DNA of 64,000 nt from Mytilus trossulus (GCF_036588685.1 NC_086373.1:109864001-109928000); one strand, 5' to 3'; numbered from the stretch's first letter, positions 1-15,900 are shown. The notes: a model not told the origin generated them from the letters alone. Made by a program: numbers and translations.

Positions 1-3000
1 AATCTAAGAAACGTTTTTGTGGAAAATTTGATATGGAATTCTCTGATTCATCCAATTTGATTAGGTATTTATAAGTAATCCGTAGAGTAAGACCTTAAGA
101 ATGTGTGTTTAGACATGCTAAATTTCTATCACTGGGATAACCATCTTCAGTAATGCTCAAATATAAATAATGGGAACATTTTCAAAAAACATTTTTGGAT
201 TCATAAACTGAAAAATCTACGAAAAAGATGCTCAGTTATAAACACTTTGTAACTTAAATTATAAAGCATGCTCATACTCAGACACTGGAAGTATCCACAT
301 GAAATGCTCAGAATCAGACACTAAAAAAACCTACATATGTAATACTCAGATAACGTTTTTTTTTCTAACATGAGCAACACGTCGGATCTGCCTACCCTTT
401 CTGGAACACCAGAGATCACCCCAGTTTGTGATGGGTTCATATTCCTCATTCTTCAGTTGTCTTGTTTTGTGTTTTATTGTTTGTCTGTTGGTCTTTTTCT
501 TTTTTAGCCATGGCGTTGTCAGTTTTTATTTGACTTATGAGTTTGAATTTTTTGCCGTTAGATCATGTGAAGCAATAATGATGTCAGACGCTTTTATAAT
601 CCTATATATAGAATGATAGAATGCATGTCGTTTTGTCCACTGTCAGAGTTAATGTTTAAACATATCTGAGAACCATATTGTTAAACGTTATGAGCGTTTT
701 TAAAATTTTCTCAGTTTCTGAATGGGAATCTTTTTTCAGAGTCTGAATAAGAGCATTTTATAGATTATTTATGTCAGTCTCTGAATCTGAGTCTGAAAAA
801 TTCCTTACGACATTATCCTCCGTTACTTAGTGTCAAATTGTACTTAAGTTCTAGAAACACGCACGTAGCGGACCAATGTTGAGTAATAACTTAAATAATA
901 TACATTCAATTACACTTTTTAGAGTGTATGTCTTAAAAGTATCAGCTGAAAACAACCCCGGTTTTTGTTCGGGTTCGTGTTGTTCTTGTACCTCTATGTG
1001 TGACTTTTTGTTCACGCATCATTGTCAATATAATGGAATTTGATGCGACTGTCGTACAAGTGAAAGGTTAAGCGCTATAAAACCAGGTTCTACATATGAG
1101 AATGCATGTACCAAGTCAGGAATATGACAGTTGTTTGTGTTTTATCATTTTATTTTGCCATTTGATTAGGGACTTTCCGTTTTGAATTATCCTCGGAGCT
1201 CAGTAGTTTTGTTATTTTCTTTTTAAAATACACACAAAATGGTTTTAGAGAGGGTAAGTGCTGTTTGTGAACTCTGGATTTGTGCATGAATTAAGATGGC
1301 CTTTCTCGACTATTTTTCCCGATTCTATAAGAGAAGGGTAATATACGAGAGTGGGATCAGTTTGATAATATCTTTTAGTAGACTGTATGTAATAAATGAG
1401 TGAATGTAATATGTTTTTCTGTCTATGAAGAAATAACATAAAAAATGAGGTGCACACTGAACACATATTAAAAGTGTACATCCCATAGTTTAGGTTATTT
1501 TGAATTGACATACAACATAAAGTTGTTGTCGTTTGTTGATGTGTCACATATTTGTTTTTTGTTAATTTTTGTACTTAAATTAGGCAATTTGTTTTCTCGT
1601 TTGAATTGTTTTACATTCGTTGTTTCGAAACCTTTTATAGATGACTATGCGGTAAGAGCTTTTCTCCTTGTTGAAGGCCGTAATGTGACCTATAGTTGTT
1701 AAATTCTTTTGTGTCATTGGTCTCTTGTGGAAAGTTGTCTCATTGGCACTAACATGTTTAACCCCGCCACATTATTTATGTATGTGTCTGTCCGAAGTCA
1801 GGAGCCTGTAATTCAGTGGTTGGCGTTTGTTTATGTGTTACATATTTGTTTTTCGTATCATTTTTTACATAAACAAGGCCGTTAGTTTTCTCGTTTGAAT
1901 TGTTTTACATTATCTTATCGGGGCCTTTTATAGCTGACTATGCGGAATGGGCTTTGCTCATTGTTGAAGGCCGTACGGTTACCTATAGTTGTTAATATTC
2001 GTGTCATTTTGGTCTTTTGTGGATAGTTGACATCATTGGCAATAATACCACATCTTCTTTCTTATATCATTGGCAATCATAGCATATGTTCTTTTTTATT
2101 TCATTTTCAACAGTATGCATATGTCTTTACAATATGTCAAGCTCTAAATCGTCATTTGTTCATAAAAGATGTGAATGAATATAACAGAAAAAACCCGCGA
2201 TGTACCACTTTCAAACACTTATTTAATAGTTTATTTCCGTTTCTGGATTTGATTGCGCATGTAACCGTATAATGTTTAAAAAAATATATTTAGCAATTTA
2301 GCAAGTATTATCAGTATGTTAATTGAGAAAATAAAGATTGATCAGATGGAGACTATGAAAATTACATAATGAAAACAGTAGTGCTGTAGGCAGCGTCCAT
2401 AATTGCTTCCTTGTTTTAGATGGATTCTAATTCATTTTCAGTTGATGATGTAACTGTTTGAATCCTCCCCCAATATTTTTTAAAGGAAGCTACAACATTT
2501 TTTACTAGGTGTGGTACTTCATTTTTATAAATCAATTAACTGGTTTCATCTTTCATTTAAATAAATCGTATAAATAAATTCAACAAACGTACCTCATATT
2601 TCGACACTGTAAATCATCTGATCACAAATGAAACTATCTTATTAAGATAAAAATGTTTAAAATATGAAACAAGGAAATTTAAACATAAAAATATGTAACC
2701 TGAACTCTTGCGTTTCTTTTTATGACCACTTGTATGCATGTATATGATTGTGTTACCAAGGAAACTATTTAATCTAGGGTTCCCAGCGGTAGATTTGTAG
2801 TCGTCACCCCTTCGAAAATTGTTACAAACAGTTTCATGGTCTTGTAAAATATATTCGTAATGGCATATGTATGTGTCGTATTCATGACCACGGATATATT
2901 CCAATTGTTTGAGCCAAAAAAAGTCCCTCAATTTATTTTGATCTAGAGCCTATTGAGAGCTTTTTTAAGTCTACTCCAAAAACATGTGTTGTACGTAAAA

Positions 3001-3444
3001 AATTCATACATGCTGCAATTCTTTAAGACAGATTTTAGTTATTTTCAATTGTTGACGTTAAAGTGCTGGAACAGAACTATATACTAATAGCTTAATCATA
3101 AATTTTCATCCTGGTATCTATGATGAGTTTATTACTTATATTTGTAAAGGAAACAAACCTGATATTTGTTTACTCAAGAGTGCGGATTAAGAGTCAGGAT
3201 TCGTCGGTTTGTAGTCAAAAGAATGTCCCTTGGTAAAGTAACACATCATCCCTTTGAAGGACATCTTCACACATTCAGAACTTATGGTTTGCTGCATTCT
3301 TGTTTTAAGGTATGTTGCCTCACACTGAGTGGTTTAATGCTTGAAGTTTGTGCAATATACGTTACTTGCGTTTTACACCAGAACACTTAAGATTGACCTT
3401 TTACAAGATTGAATTTCGGCTTATATATATTGGCAGTTAATTTT

Positions 3445-5750
3445 AAGGTACTGATTCAGGAATTGATTATACACCAGTTGTAATACTGACTCGGGATTGA
3501 TTTCCATCAGAAGATCAGTATTGACTCTTAGATTGGGTGTTCTCCAGTAGCGGTACTGCCTCGGGATGTGATTGCACATCAGTTATAGTACTAACTCGGG
3601 GATTGATTTCAACCAGCGGTGCAGTTTTGACACGGACTGATTATTCATCAGCAGCGGTACTGACTCGAATTTTGATTGTCTTTCAGTTGCAATACAGACT
3701 CATGGTTTGATCTTTTAACAGCAGCGGTACTAACTCAGGTTTTGATTGTCCATATGTAACTGACTCTTTAATTTGTTGTTCACTTGCTGTGATAATGACT
3801 AGGGGGTTGATTTCCAACAGCAGTGCAGTATTGACATTTGAACTGATTATTCAGCGGTACTGACTCGGGTTTTGATTGTTCATCAGTTGCAAAACAGACT
3901 CATGGTTGGATCATTCATCATCAACGGTACAGACTCAGGTATTAATAGTTCACCAGCAGCGGTACTGACTCGGGTTTCAATTGTCAATTTGTTACTAACT
4001 TGTGGATTGGTTGTTCATCTGCAGTGATAATGACTCGAGTAACGATATCTACCAGGAGCGCAGTATTGACTCATGGTTTGATTGTCCATTAGTTGTGTTA
4101 TTGACCCACCGATTGATCGTTCACAAGCAGCAGTAATTACTCATGGTTTGATCATTCAGCATCAACGATACTGACTCGGGTTTTGATTGTTCATCCGTTG
4201 CTTTACTGACTCGGGGATTGATCATTCACAAGCAACAGTACTGGCTCGGGTTTTAATTGTCTATTAATACCGATTCTGTCTCGGAGATTGATCGTTTACA
4301 AGCAGCAGTACTGGTTCCTGAATTGATTGTCTACTATCAGCAGTACTTACTCACGTATAAATTGTCCACCAGTAGCATTACTGACTCGGAGTTTGGTTGT
4401 CCACTAGCAACAGTACTTACTCTGGGCTGATTTATATTAGCAGCGATATTAAATCAAGGATTAATTGTCCATCAGCAGTGGTACAGACTTATTTGTTATT
4501 TTTTAATCATCAGTAGCTCTGGTTCTTGGATTGTTTGCATATTAGCAGCAGTTCCAACTCAGGTATTGAATGTCTTCTACTAGCAGCGGTACTGACTCGG
4601 AGATAATTATCTTCCAGCAGCGGTACTGACTCGGGGATAATTATCTACTACCAGCGGTACTGACTCAGGGATAGTTATCTATTAGCAGTGATACTGATTC
4701 GGGGATAATTATCTACTAGCAGTGGTACTGACCCGGGGATAATTATCTACTAGCAGCGGTACTGGCTCAGGGATAATTATCTTCTAACTGCGGAACTGAC
4801 TCGGGGATAATTATCTACTAGCAGCGGTACTGACTCGGGGATATTTATCTTCTAGCAGCGGTACTGACTCGGGGATAATTATCTACTAACAGCGGTACTG
4901 ACTAAAGGATTATTATCTTCTAACATCGGTACAGGCTCAGGAATAATTATCTACTAGCAGCGGTCCTGACTCGGGAATTATTATCTTCTAACAGCGGTAC
5001 TGGCTCAGGGATAATTATCTACTAGCAGCGGTTCTAACTAAAGGATTATTATCTTCTAACAGCGGTACAGGCTCAGGCATAATTTTCTACCAGCAGCGGT
5101 AATGACTCGGGGATACATTTCTACTAGCACCGGTACTGACTCGGGGATACTTATCTACTAGCAGGGGTACTGACTCAGGGATAATCATCTACTAGTAGCG
5201 GTACTAACTCGGGGATAATTATCTACTAGCAGTGGTTCTGTCTCGGGGATACTTATCTACTCACAACGGTACTGACTCGGCGTTAATTATCTAGTAGCAG
5301 CGGTACTGACTAAAGGATTATTATCTTCTAACAGCGGTACTCGCTCAGGGATATTTATCTACTAGCAGTGGTACTGACTCGGAGATATTTATCTTCTGGC
5401 AGCGGTAATGACTCGGGGATAATTATCTACTAGCAGCTGTACTGACTCGGGGATAATTATCTACTAGCAGCGGTACTGGCTCAGGGATAATTATCTACAA
5501 GCAGCGGTACTGACTAAAGGATTATTATCTTCTAACAGCGGTACTGGCTCGGGAATAATTATCTGCTAGCAGTGGTACTGACTCGGGGATAATTATCTAC
5601 TAGCAGCGATACTGACTCGGGGATAATTATCTACTAGCAGTAGTACTGACTCAGGGATAATTATCTTCTAGCAGCGGTACTGACTCGGGGATAATTATCT
5701 ACTAGCCGCGGTACTGATTCAGGATAATTATCTTCTAGCAGCAGTACTGA
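3445..5750. repeat. 34-bp minisatellite (GCAGCGGTACTGACTCGGGGATAATTATCTACTA)
   Basis: Period 34 (for example ggtac at 4622 and 4656). Homogeneous at about 4585-5750 and degenerate at about 3445-4585. Confidence 0.95.
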
Positions 5751-6586
5751 ATTGTCAGAAAAATGATATGGTTTTCTGTTAGAAGAATTAATTTGTCTGC
5801 ACTATATATGTCAGGCATTTGTACCAGATTTGTTTGTAAGATAAGTTATAAACTGTTTTGATTAGTTAAAGAACATATTTTGTTTTATTAAGTTGTAAAA
5901 GCTATAAATAAAATTCGATATACAGATGCCGTAGATCGGATGCTAATTACATACATTCAATAAAAAATCATATTTAAATAATACGCATTTCTTAGTCTTA
6001 AATGTTATTGGACATTAACATATGCAATTATAGTAATTTTAAAGCAACATGCACAAAAGAAAAACAATTTGATAATATGTTTAAGATAGTATTTTTTGTA
6101 AGATTAATCTCATTATGTAATGCAGGGCTCGTTTAATATCAAATTTGAAACTACATTTTATCATATTGGGTTACTATTCAAGCTTTTATAGCAATTAAAC
6201 GGTTTTGTGTTTCTAAAGTAATTTATTTTACAGAGTATTAATTGAGCATATTTCATATCTAATGTCAGAGACATCCTCGATTTACAAAATCTCGACTCCT
6301 TGTATTAATAAGTCAATATGCGTGACAGTTTGAATACTTCTTTAAATAAAGTATCAATTATCGTAGGGTTCTGGGAAGATACTCGGCTATAACATTTCTG
6401 TAATTTACAAAAACATCTTATTTACTCAGTTGATGAACATGCAGTTTTTATAATTATCCGAAACAGATGTAATTTGTTATTTAAATTCTTGTGAAGCTTG
6501 AAATATGTTTAGTTGATTGATATATATGACGATAAGTGTGGGGGTATTTAAAGAAGGAAGTTAATCAATACGTAACATAATTCAGA

Positions 6587-6949
6587 ATGAACACCACGAA
6601 TGATACCACGGTCTGTCATCACTTTGATCTTATATGTTTGGAAAGACATAATAAAACGGACCAGGCATACACAATTCTTATGAAATATATTTTTCCGAAC
6701 TTTTATGAATGGATTTATATTGCCTTATTTAGTATAGTTTTTATCTTTGGTTTAATTGGTAACATTTTAGTATTTTACGCTGTATGGAGTAATGTTCATC
6801 TACGGAATACGACGAACTTTTTCTTGGTTAATTTGTCCATTGCCGATTTCTTGGTTCTACTTGTATGTTTGCCACCAACCGTTATACATGATATTGCCCA
6901 GACATGGTTCCTTGGAGAGACGATGTGTAAGATAATTACATATTTACAG
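6587..6949 (+). CDS. GPCR exon 1 (N-terminus, TM1 to start of TM3)
   Basis: MNTTNDT...GETMCKIITYLQ followed by donor CAG|GTAAGA, phase 0. N-glycosylation sequons NTT, NDT and NKT. Confidence 0.95.
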
Positions 6950-9900
6950 GTAAGACTTATAATATCTCTCTCTCTCTCCTTACATATAAACAGGTAAGTA
7001 GTTGTTGTGTTAAAACAAGTAATCTCTTTCTGTGCAAGAAAAAAGAGGGACATAGCATTGGGGAAACACCTTTAACTGAATAGATATTACTTTGCTACTA
7101 CCGTTTTAATTAAAAAATATCTACTTTTCGTTCTTAACGTATGGATTTAATTCTATAGTTTTTTTGAACAACAGATCTAGATGTCAACACGAAAGAGTAA
7201 ATAAATTTCTTTTCACAACCTGTCTTTATTACGGAAATGATTTTTATCTATACATTTGTCTATATTTCTTTAGTAATGGACTATATTTTTACAACAATGA
7301 TAACTTGTACAAATCTATTTATAGAAATAGAACAGATCGTTAGGATGAGCAAAGGTTTGCATATTATAAAAATCCTTATAAAGGGTATTACATTCGAATT
7401 TATTCCCAAGCGAGTCTTGTCTTACATATGACCCATTTAATTCCGTTTACCTTGCTGATTGTTTTTTATGACCATGAATTTTGCTGAATAAGTTCGACAG
7501 TATATTTTGAAAAGTTTAAATTGGTTCAACTGTTTACACACATATTTAATTAAGCCGAATGGGTTCAACAGTAACACAATTCTTTTAGGATATTAAATTT
7601 TGTAAGAATACAATTATAATGTTTTCGTTTTGCTTAAATATACAGAAGGGAAAGTTATATCGGTTCTACTCTTACACATACATTTTGGAAAGCTGAATTG
7701 GTTTGACTGTAATATGTATATTTTTGGAAATCTGAATTGGTTTGACTGTTATATGTATGTTTTTGGAAATCTTAATTTGTTCGACTGTTACAGGTATATT
7801 TGGACTCTTCAAAAGAGATTTATCTTTTTTACCACGTGTATATAATACGCATTTTCGCACATTTTTGATTAGAACTTTAAAGACTTGTTAAGTAGTGTCA
7901 CGTTTTCTTTCAAGGGTTCCACGTTAATGGCTGTCATATAATAGTTATCAAAGGTACCCGGATTATAATTTAGTACGCCAGACGCGCGTTTCGTCTACAT
8001 AAGACTCATCAGTGACGCTCATATCAAAATAGTTATAAAGCCAAACAAATACAAAGTTGAAGAGCATTGAGGGTCCAAAATTCCAAAAAGGTGTGCCAAA
8101 TACGGCTAAGGTAATCTATGCCTGGGATAAGAAAATCCTTAGTTTTTCGAAAAATTCAAAGTTTTATAAACAGGAAATTTATAAAAATGACCACATAATT
8201 GATATTCATGTCAACCCCAAAGTGCTGACTATAAAATAAACAATCATTGGTTGCTAGCACGATGTAAGAAATAGTTTGTTATCAGTGAAGCCGGTTTCTC
8301 CAGTGCATTAGAAAACGGGTTGAATTCAGATATTTGGAATTTAAACAAATTCTATAAGAATTTACAAAAGAAATTCTCTTCCTTCCGGATCACCTTCACT
8401 TATATATTGGTTTTGTGTATAAAAAGGGAGATCTTAAATATTGCCAATTGGACTTCTATTTTGCAAATATATGATAAATGACAATTCACCATACGGGTAC
8501 AGGTTACATAACTTTACATACTTTTAAATGTATTCACTGCCGAATTTATCTATTCTTTATTGTTATATATGTATCATTTTCCCATGACGCAACATAAAAG
8601 GAAACAACTTCCTTGAAATAGATATGTTTCACAATGAAATAATATTTTGTTCATTTGACCTTACCCTATTTGATTTTCTAGTTATAACAATACTAAGAGT
8701 ATTCATTTACTGAGAATTATGTGCATATTCAATGACATGCTTATAATTCATAACAGTAGACATTTTTTCTTCGACATATCTTAAAGAAACGGAAGATTTT
8801 TAAGAAAGTTTCTGATCAAATCAGTTTTTATTTTCAAAAACAAATGTCCGGTATACCAATGTATGTCATATTTTTATTCAATCACACATTTAGTGAATAA
8901 ACATATTTACTTATGTATGCTTTCTCATGTAATAAGATTATTTTATATGAAATGTTTCATCAATGCATGATTTTCTACTGCAAATTGTTAAATTCTTATC
9001 AGGAAGAAATTGATATTGCGTGATTTGATATTTTCCTTTGATTTTTTTAAAAAATAACAACATTTCATTTGAATTATAAATTTTGTAACATTCAAACACT
9101 TACACAGAATAAAAAGGCTGTGTTTGTTATGTAAAGCCAATTAATTGTCGGATCGAATGAATTACTGTGTTTATGTGAAGCCAATTAATTGTCGGATCGA
9201 ATTAATGACTGTATTTGTTAGGTGAAGCCAATTATAATCGTCAAATAAACGATAATATAGATTTGGATATCATATAATACTCACATTTGATTATGTTTGA
9301 ATGTTTTTAAAGTTTCTAAAACAAGTGTAACTGGTTTACTGTCATGCTTTATTTATAATTAATGTAATGACCAGTTATGATGGCCACATAATTTTGTTCA
9401 GGCGAAAACAATGACCATTTCTATATGGTTGAGTGTTCACACATTGAGTTGGTAATCAAAGTATTATACGTTTACTTCATGTGTATTTCACTCTATTTGT
9501 ATAATTTAGTTTACGTCTTACACTTTTAAAGTGCAGGCTAGATGGTAACAGCGTTCAGTAGAATACGTTTATAGATATCTAGTGGTTTTTCTGAAGTACG
9601 TCTATCTTTGAATTCAGACAGAAGTTGATTAAACTTGTGATTTGATGTCTTCGAATCCAGTGGAAATTTTGAAAAGTCTTAATTGCAAAGTTTTGCTATT
9701 AGATTTCAAGATTCTTGTCAAAAGAGTGTTTGATAAAAGTCCATTCCACATTGCCTTCAGCTTGCAATGATGAAAACTTTGAATTGTCCTCATTAAGAAG
9801 TAAGACTTCCAGGTCATGTAGAGATAACCAAATCAATTCAACAATTAAGGTATTACTACATTAAATGGCATTTGAAATATTGATTCCATTGGGAATTAGA

Positions 9901-12900
9901 ACGCATCTGATTCTAACCACAATGATAATTATTTAACAACATTGTCTTGTTACTTGCACTGCTTGTAAATGTCATCCATTGTTGTCTATCTCAGTATGAT
10001 AAACGTTTTGATAACATTATATCCTTGAAAACTACAAATACTTCATAAAAAGTTAAATCACAAAAAAACTGATCTCCGAGGAAAATTCAAAACGGAAAGA
10101 CCCTAATCAGATGACAAAACACATCAAACGAATGAACAAACACTGTCATATTTCTGACATGGTACAGGCATTTACAAATGTAGAAATATATTGTGTGTAT
10201 TTAGAGATTCATGTCTCCTTCTCTTCGACCTGTATACAGCAAATGTAATTATAGTTTTGTACTGAACTGAAAGTAGAGAAGATGCTATCGGGATATCGGG
10301 ATACCCACATCACCTTTTGTTCTGTTTGATAACCTTCATAGATTAACTGGAAAAGTAATGTCTATATTTCCCTCTAATCACTTTCATGAGGTACAAGCAA
10401 GAGGTTTAGCTAGCTATTAAACCAGGTTTAACCAACCATGTTCTCTGTCCCCCAATAATCTTGCTGCTTGGTACAGTTTGAAGTTTGGATCGGAACCAAG
10501 GCACTTGTTTTAAGGTTCAGTTACGACAATTAAAGAATTAGAAAAATGAACTGAAAGCCACTACCATTTTTATGCACATTTTTTATTGCAAAAAGTGATT
10601 TAACCAAGCTAAAATCTAAACCAGGCATATCAATTTTTTCCTAGCTGCTAGAATAAACTTCACGAAATAATTTAACTATTTTAAACGTAATAACAAAGTT
10701 TGAAAATTGTAAACCTCCTTGTCATATACTGGATTAGTTCAAAATTTTAAGATTTTTTAAAGTTATTTTCATCAAGTTTTAAAACAAATCCTTCCGATTA
10801 AAAGACAGCAATGAGAGTATTTTGTTCTAAAACATCCAATTGCAAGATCGATACGAGGAAGATATCTGCTGTAACTCAATTGTTAATCAATCAGCTAATG
10901 CCGAATACAGCTTTAATACAATAAAATGCTGACAAATCCTAAGTGCTGATTGTTGTATACCTCTACTTATACTAGGAAACAATTAACTAGAAAAAAAAAC
11001 TCTCAGGTTCATTACACGCCACTCAGAGTACATTCCTATCATTCGTATTCCAAGTTAATTTCGGTAAAGCCGCGAAAAGTCAACAGCTATAGTCTTTCAT
11101 TTGGTCTAACAAAGTTCAAAAGTGAAAGAAAATAAATAGACGAAGTCTGACAAAAAATAATGATACATTGGCAGCAACTGTTCAATTTTGCCGCCATATT
11201 TAATACCAGACATACGGTCTAATTGATTTAAGTGTGCTTGTTTTTTCACAAGTACCTTAGGTTATCTCATTATTTCTGTATCATATACAACGAAAATAAA
11301 GTCAGCAGATCATACGAACATTAGAAAAGATAAATAAAATATGAAGAAACATATATATATATATATATTTATTGAAAACTTCTTGATTTTCAATTACTTG
11401 TGATCAGAAGAAAAACGTATACCAGACGATATTAGCGAAGTCTTATCAATATTTCATTATCATATTGTTAAAGGACAGAAACTGTCCTGTTTATGTCTTT
11501 GGATATTATTTTTTACGATGCCATAACTGTACATAGGTACTTTTAGGCTGTAAAAAAATGATGCAGTATTTCTATCAAGATTATACTTACTTAACCATAG
11601 CTCTAAACAGAAGTTTTAAAAGAACTAGTTAAATTATAAGTAATAATTTAAAACAATGAATATGAAGGCAAGTCGTTACTTAAACTAATGTTATATAATA
11701 TATTGCGAACACTCATACAGTTTTTTAGGAAAGTTTTGAAACTACATATACATTGTAGATGGTTAATTGTTAGAACGACCTTAAGTGTGATGCAACAAAA
11801 CAATGTCAGTTCATGGTATACTTCATATAGTTCGAGGGTGAAATGTTTTTATAAGTTATCATGTTTTATATGATTAACTCGTTCCAATTTAGGGTCGAAC
11901 TGACAACTATTTGAAAACTTTCAGATTTTCGTCGAAGTGTTTACAATATGTGCATAACAAGTAGCGATATAGTATAAAAGGGTATTTCCGACTTTCTAAG
12001 TTTAATACATCTATAAACAGTAAAATTTTCCATTTTTTAAAATAGTAATAACAGAGAATAATTACCCCATAAAATTAATTAAATTTTCATTTCGTAAAAG
12101 CTATCGTGTCCTACTTTTGTCATTCATCTTCCTCTCTTGTCATTTATCTTCCTCTTTTGTAACATAAGTCATCATTATTCGTTTTACAGCGAATTTTTAA
12201 AAATGTGTTTACTGTTTACAATCGTTGATGCATTAAAAATAAACCATGATCAGGGACCTAAAGTTGTACAATTTTTATTTTATTTTTGGAAATAGTAATA
12301 TATAGCGTTATAATTTGGTAATGTATCAAAAAGTAAAATCACAAAAATACTGAACTCAGAAGAAAATTCAATCGAAAAGTCCCTTATTAAACGGCAAAAT
12401 CAAATGACAAAACACATCAAACGAATGGACAACAACTGTCATATTCCTGAATTGGTACAAAATGTTTCTGTTATATTTGGTTTATACCTAATATTTGCCT
12501 TAAGATAGATGTAGGAAGATGTGGTAAGAGTTTATATAATACAATATAATATCTCTTGTTATCCATTTATACACTCAAGCAAAATATATGATAGAAACAC
12601 TGAAAAAATTATAAAAATGTTAAACTGTTCAGTGGCATTGATTCGTATTATCTCAAACTAAAATTTCTGTATCACGTACGACAGTATTGAATTTATAAAA
12701 TACAGCGACGTTTTAAAACGTCAAAACTGAAAGGGCTTTCTAGTGATTAAAAAGTGTTGATCTCTTAGGTAAAAAATCAAACTAAAACAATTACATTGCC
12801 CCCGTGTTTCTTAAATAAAGGCAACTAATAGTAGTATACCGATGTTCGAAAGTCATAAATCGATTGAGGTCGTGTAAAAATATATGTTTTCATTCAAAAG

Positions 12901-15900
12901 TCAATTTTCCTTTAAGAAAGATGTGAAATTTTGTTAGTAGCTGCAAGTACTCTCAAATCGTTCTTTCTTGTTAATTTGACCTGTTTCTATGTGTAATGCC
13001 TTTTCGTTATTTAATGTTTACTTATGTAGGGTTATATCTGTCTATATATCAGCTTTGATAAGTGTTTGGTATTACTATAAATGTTCACATATGAACAACA
13101 AAATTATTTATTTTCTAAAACATATTCCGTTAAAACTGTATACCCTACGATTAAAATATTTTCATTGTGTATATATAATGGTTATTTTGGTTTTTTTAGC
13201 TTTTTTGAAATTGAATATATCACAGCCGAATACTACGGTTGCCTATATATATTCACCCCTTTTAATGAATTTGTATTTGTATTGTATCATAGATCATATT
13301 TAGTCGTTCAGTGTAATATGTCTTATGATTGAGTTAAGCCATTTCAATTGATATTTTATAGTAATTTTTTATGTTGTTATGTTACACTATTGTCATAGAT
13401 AAGGGTGAAGGTTGGTACCTTTTTAAATGTTTAAACGTGTTGCAATTATTTGCCCCTGTCATAAGTCAGGAATCTGATGTTCAGTAGTTGTCGTTTGTTG
13501 ATGTGGTTCATGAGTGTTTCTAGTTTCTCGTTTTTTATATAAGAGACCGTTGGTTTTATCGTTTGAATGGTTTAACACTAGTCATTGTGGGGACCTTTTA
13601 CAGTTTGCTGTTCGGTGTGAGCCAAATCTACGTGTTGAAGACCGTACTTTGACCTATAAAGGATAACTTTAACAAATTATGACTTTGTTTGAGAATTGTC
13701 TCATTGGCACTCACGCCACATCTTCTTATATCTACCTGCTACACTTCCCATAAGTAAAAAGTAGTTTCTTTACTATTTATTCTCATAAATCATTTACACG
13801 ACACACACACTATAGTTAAATGCGTGCACTAACTTTACAGCGTGTAAGACTGACATTTGCTTTACATCGTGAGATACGCACACTGTCATATTTTTGCTAA
13901 GTACGCACACTGCCAAACAGCGTGTTAATCATGCATTTGCGTTTCAAATACACACACGTTAAATACGCCACTAGTTTAAAAACGCCGCACGAATTTTATC
14001 AGTTGTTGTCTTCCATATATATTAATATAATTGTAGGGATCTGAATTTATTCATAACTTGGCTTTTTCTTAACAAGTGTTTCCTTAATAAATATGTTGAA
14101 TAATGACACCAACTGCACTGATTTTATTCATATGAATTACATAAATCATGTGTATAATACAATAGAAGTTAAATCTTTTGCATATCAAAAGGTAAACTGA
14201 TGCAGACTGCTAGTTTATGTCCCTAAATTGGAGATTTAGTATCAGTCAAATTGTCGTATAACATATTATTTTATCCATACACTACATAAATTGAACGATT
14301 TTGGTTTAATCCTCGACATAATCATTAACCCTTCATAAAGAATGATATTTAATGTGTTATCTGGCCAGCTCTTCTACATTGGTCCATTTGTAAACTAAAC
14401 TGTATCGATATCAATCCTATTGAAAGCAATAAAAGTAGAAAGTTTTTGTAATTACACCACATAAAAGATGTTATCCTATAAACTTTCATTCTTCTATACA
14501 GTGCATGGTGATAAGTTGTCAGTTTTAATGACAATAAAATCGAAACAAGTTTCGGTTGAAACAGTTCATTAAATTACCCAATGAGAAAGTATATATTACT
14601 GACAAGTGTCTGCAAAAAAGTTTTTTTTCTTGATTAACTAATTGGTGATTTCGTTACCACACGTTACTTAAAGACATTTTATTGCAGATATTTGATCGGA
14701 CGTCCTTGTTGTAACTTATAACATTTAAAAAATCACTATAATTATGTTTAAATCATTTGTCAATTTATTTAACTAACCGAATGTATCATTTCATTCGTAC
14801 CATACTTGTTAAATCTACGCTTAGTATATTTTTTATAAGGTCCTCTGACAATATTTATTTCTAAATATAAGAAAACAAAAACATTTATTAAATTACCGAC
14901 TGTCTGAATATATCCTTCACCCATTTTCTAAAGAATTGCAGTTTACATTAATTGACAGAGAAATGTTAGCATAAAAAAGTAAGATTTTTAACCAGAATTT
15001 GTCATTTAAACCATAAATATTTACATGATTTAACGAGCTAAGTTTCTTTTATATTGTCAATAGTTATGCTGTCACAATTTCGATGACACTAATAGAAAAC
15101 CAATTATGATTTCTGGTTTAATTTGATTATAAAAAGTAACTGATGGAAATGAACCCACGCCTGGTTGATTGTGTTCTAACGCTAAAACTTCCCCAGTTAG
15201 GTTATGAAGACTTCTATACTTCGCAAGTGTTAAGGTCAGTATCAAGAACTGACCTTGAGAGAGAAATATCTAAGCGGTCTTAGATCTTATAAAGACTATA
15301 GAATACTCGTCTAACCTAAGATATTTACCAGTTGTAGCTTATTCCCATATCGTAACATGAATTTTACTGAGTCTGGATTTGCATCGCCGGAGACACATAG
15401 CCTGTCGACGCACCAGATTCCGTTCCGTTCATGGGTATTTATCATGTTTCTTTTCTGTTTTTTGGTATTTTCAAAATATGTTAACGAGAATGACCATCAG
15501 TGAAATTTTGAAGTCTTTTATTAATATATAAAAATAACATTTATATGTATTATTTCCACATAAAATAAATACTTTGGTTCTCCCAATCTATCACCGGTTA
15601 TTAAAGTGACCGTAGATAAAAATGAGAACTATTGTTGTATCTAAAATTAGAATTGAAATAGACGAGTCTTAATGCTACCTTCCTTCTTTTGTATGATAGT
15701 TGATTGTATTGAAACACGATCTTAGTTGTTTTTAGAATCCAACATCACTGACATATTCATTTTTTTATAATGTAATATTCTATGGGTTTTATAAATCTTT
15801 TCGTGTTTTAATTACCGAAGCCTTAAAACAATGATTGGTTACAGATTTAACGTTTGTGCAGATTTTTTTATTAAGATTTCCTTTTTTCGAACGGAGGAAT

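Noticed and set aside
3445-5750. CRISPR-like array
   Set aside because: Contiguous tandem units with no unique spacers, a eukaryotic context and no cas genes.
10497-11258. Possible TIR element (aaggcacttgt ... acaagtacctt)
   Set aside because: Only an 11-bp imperfect match, with no clear TSD and no second copy.
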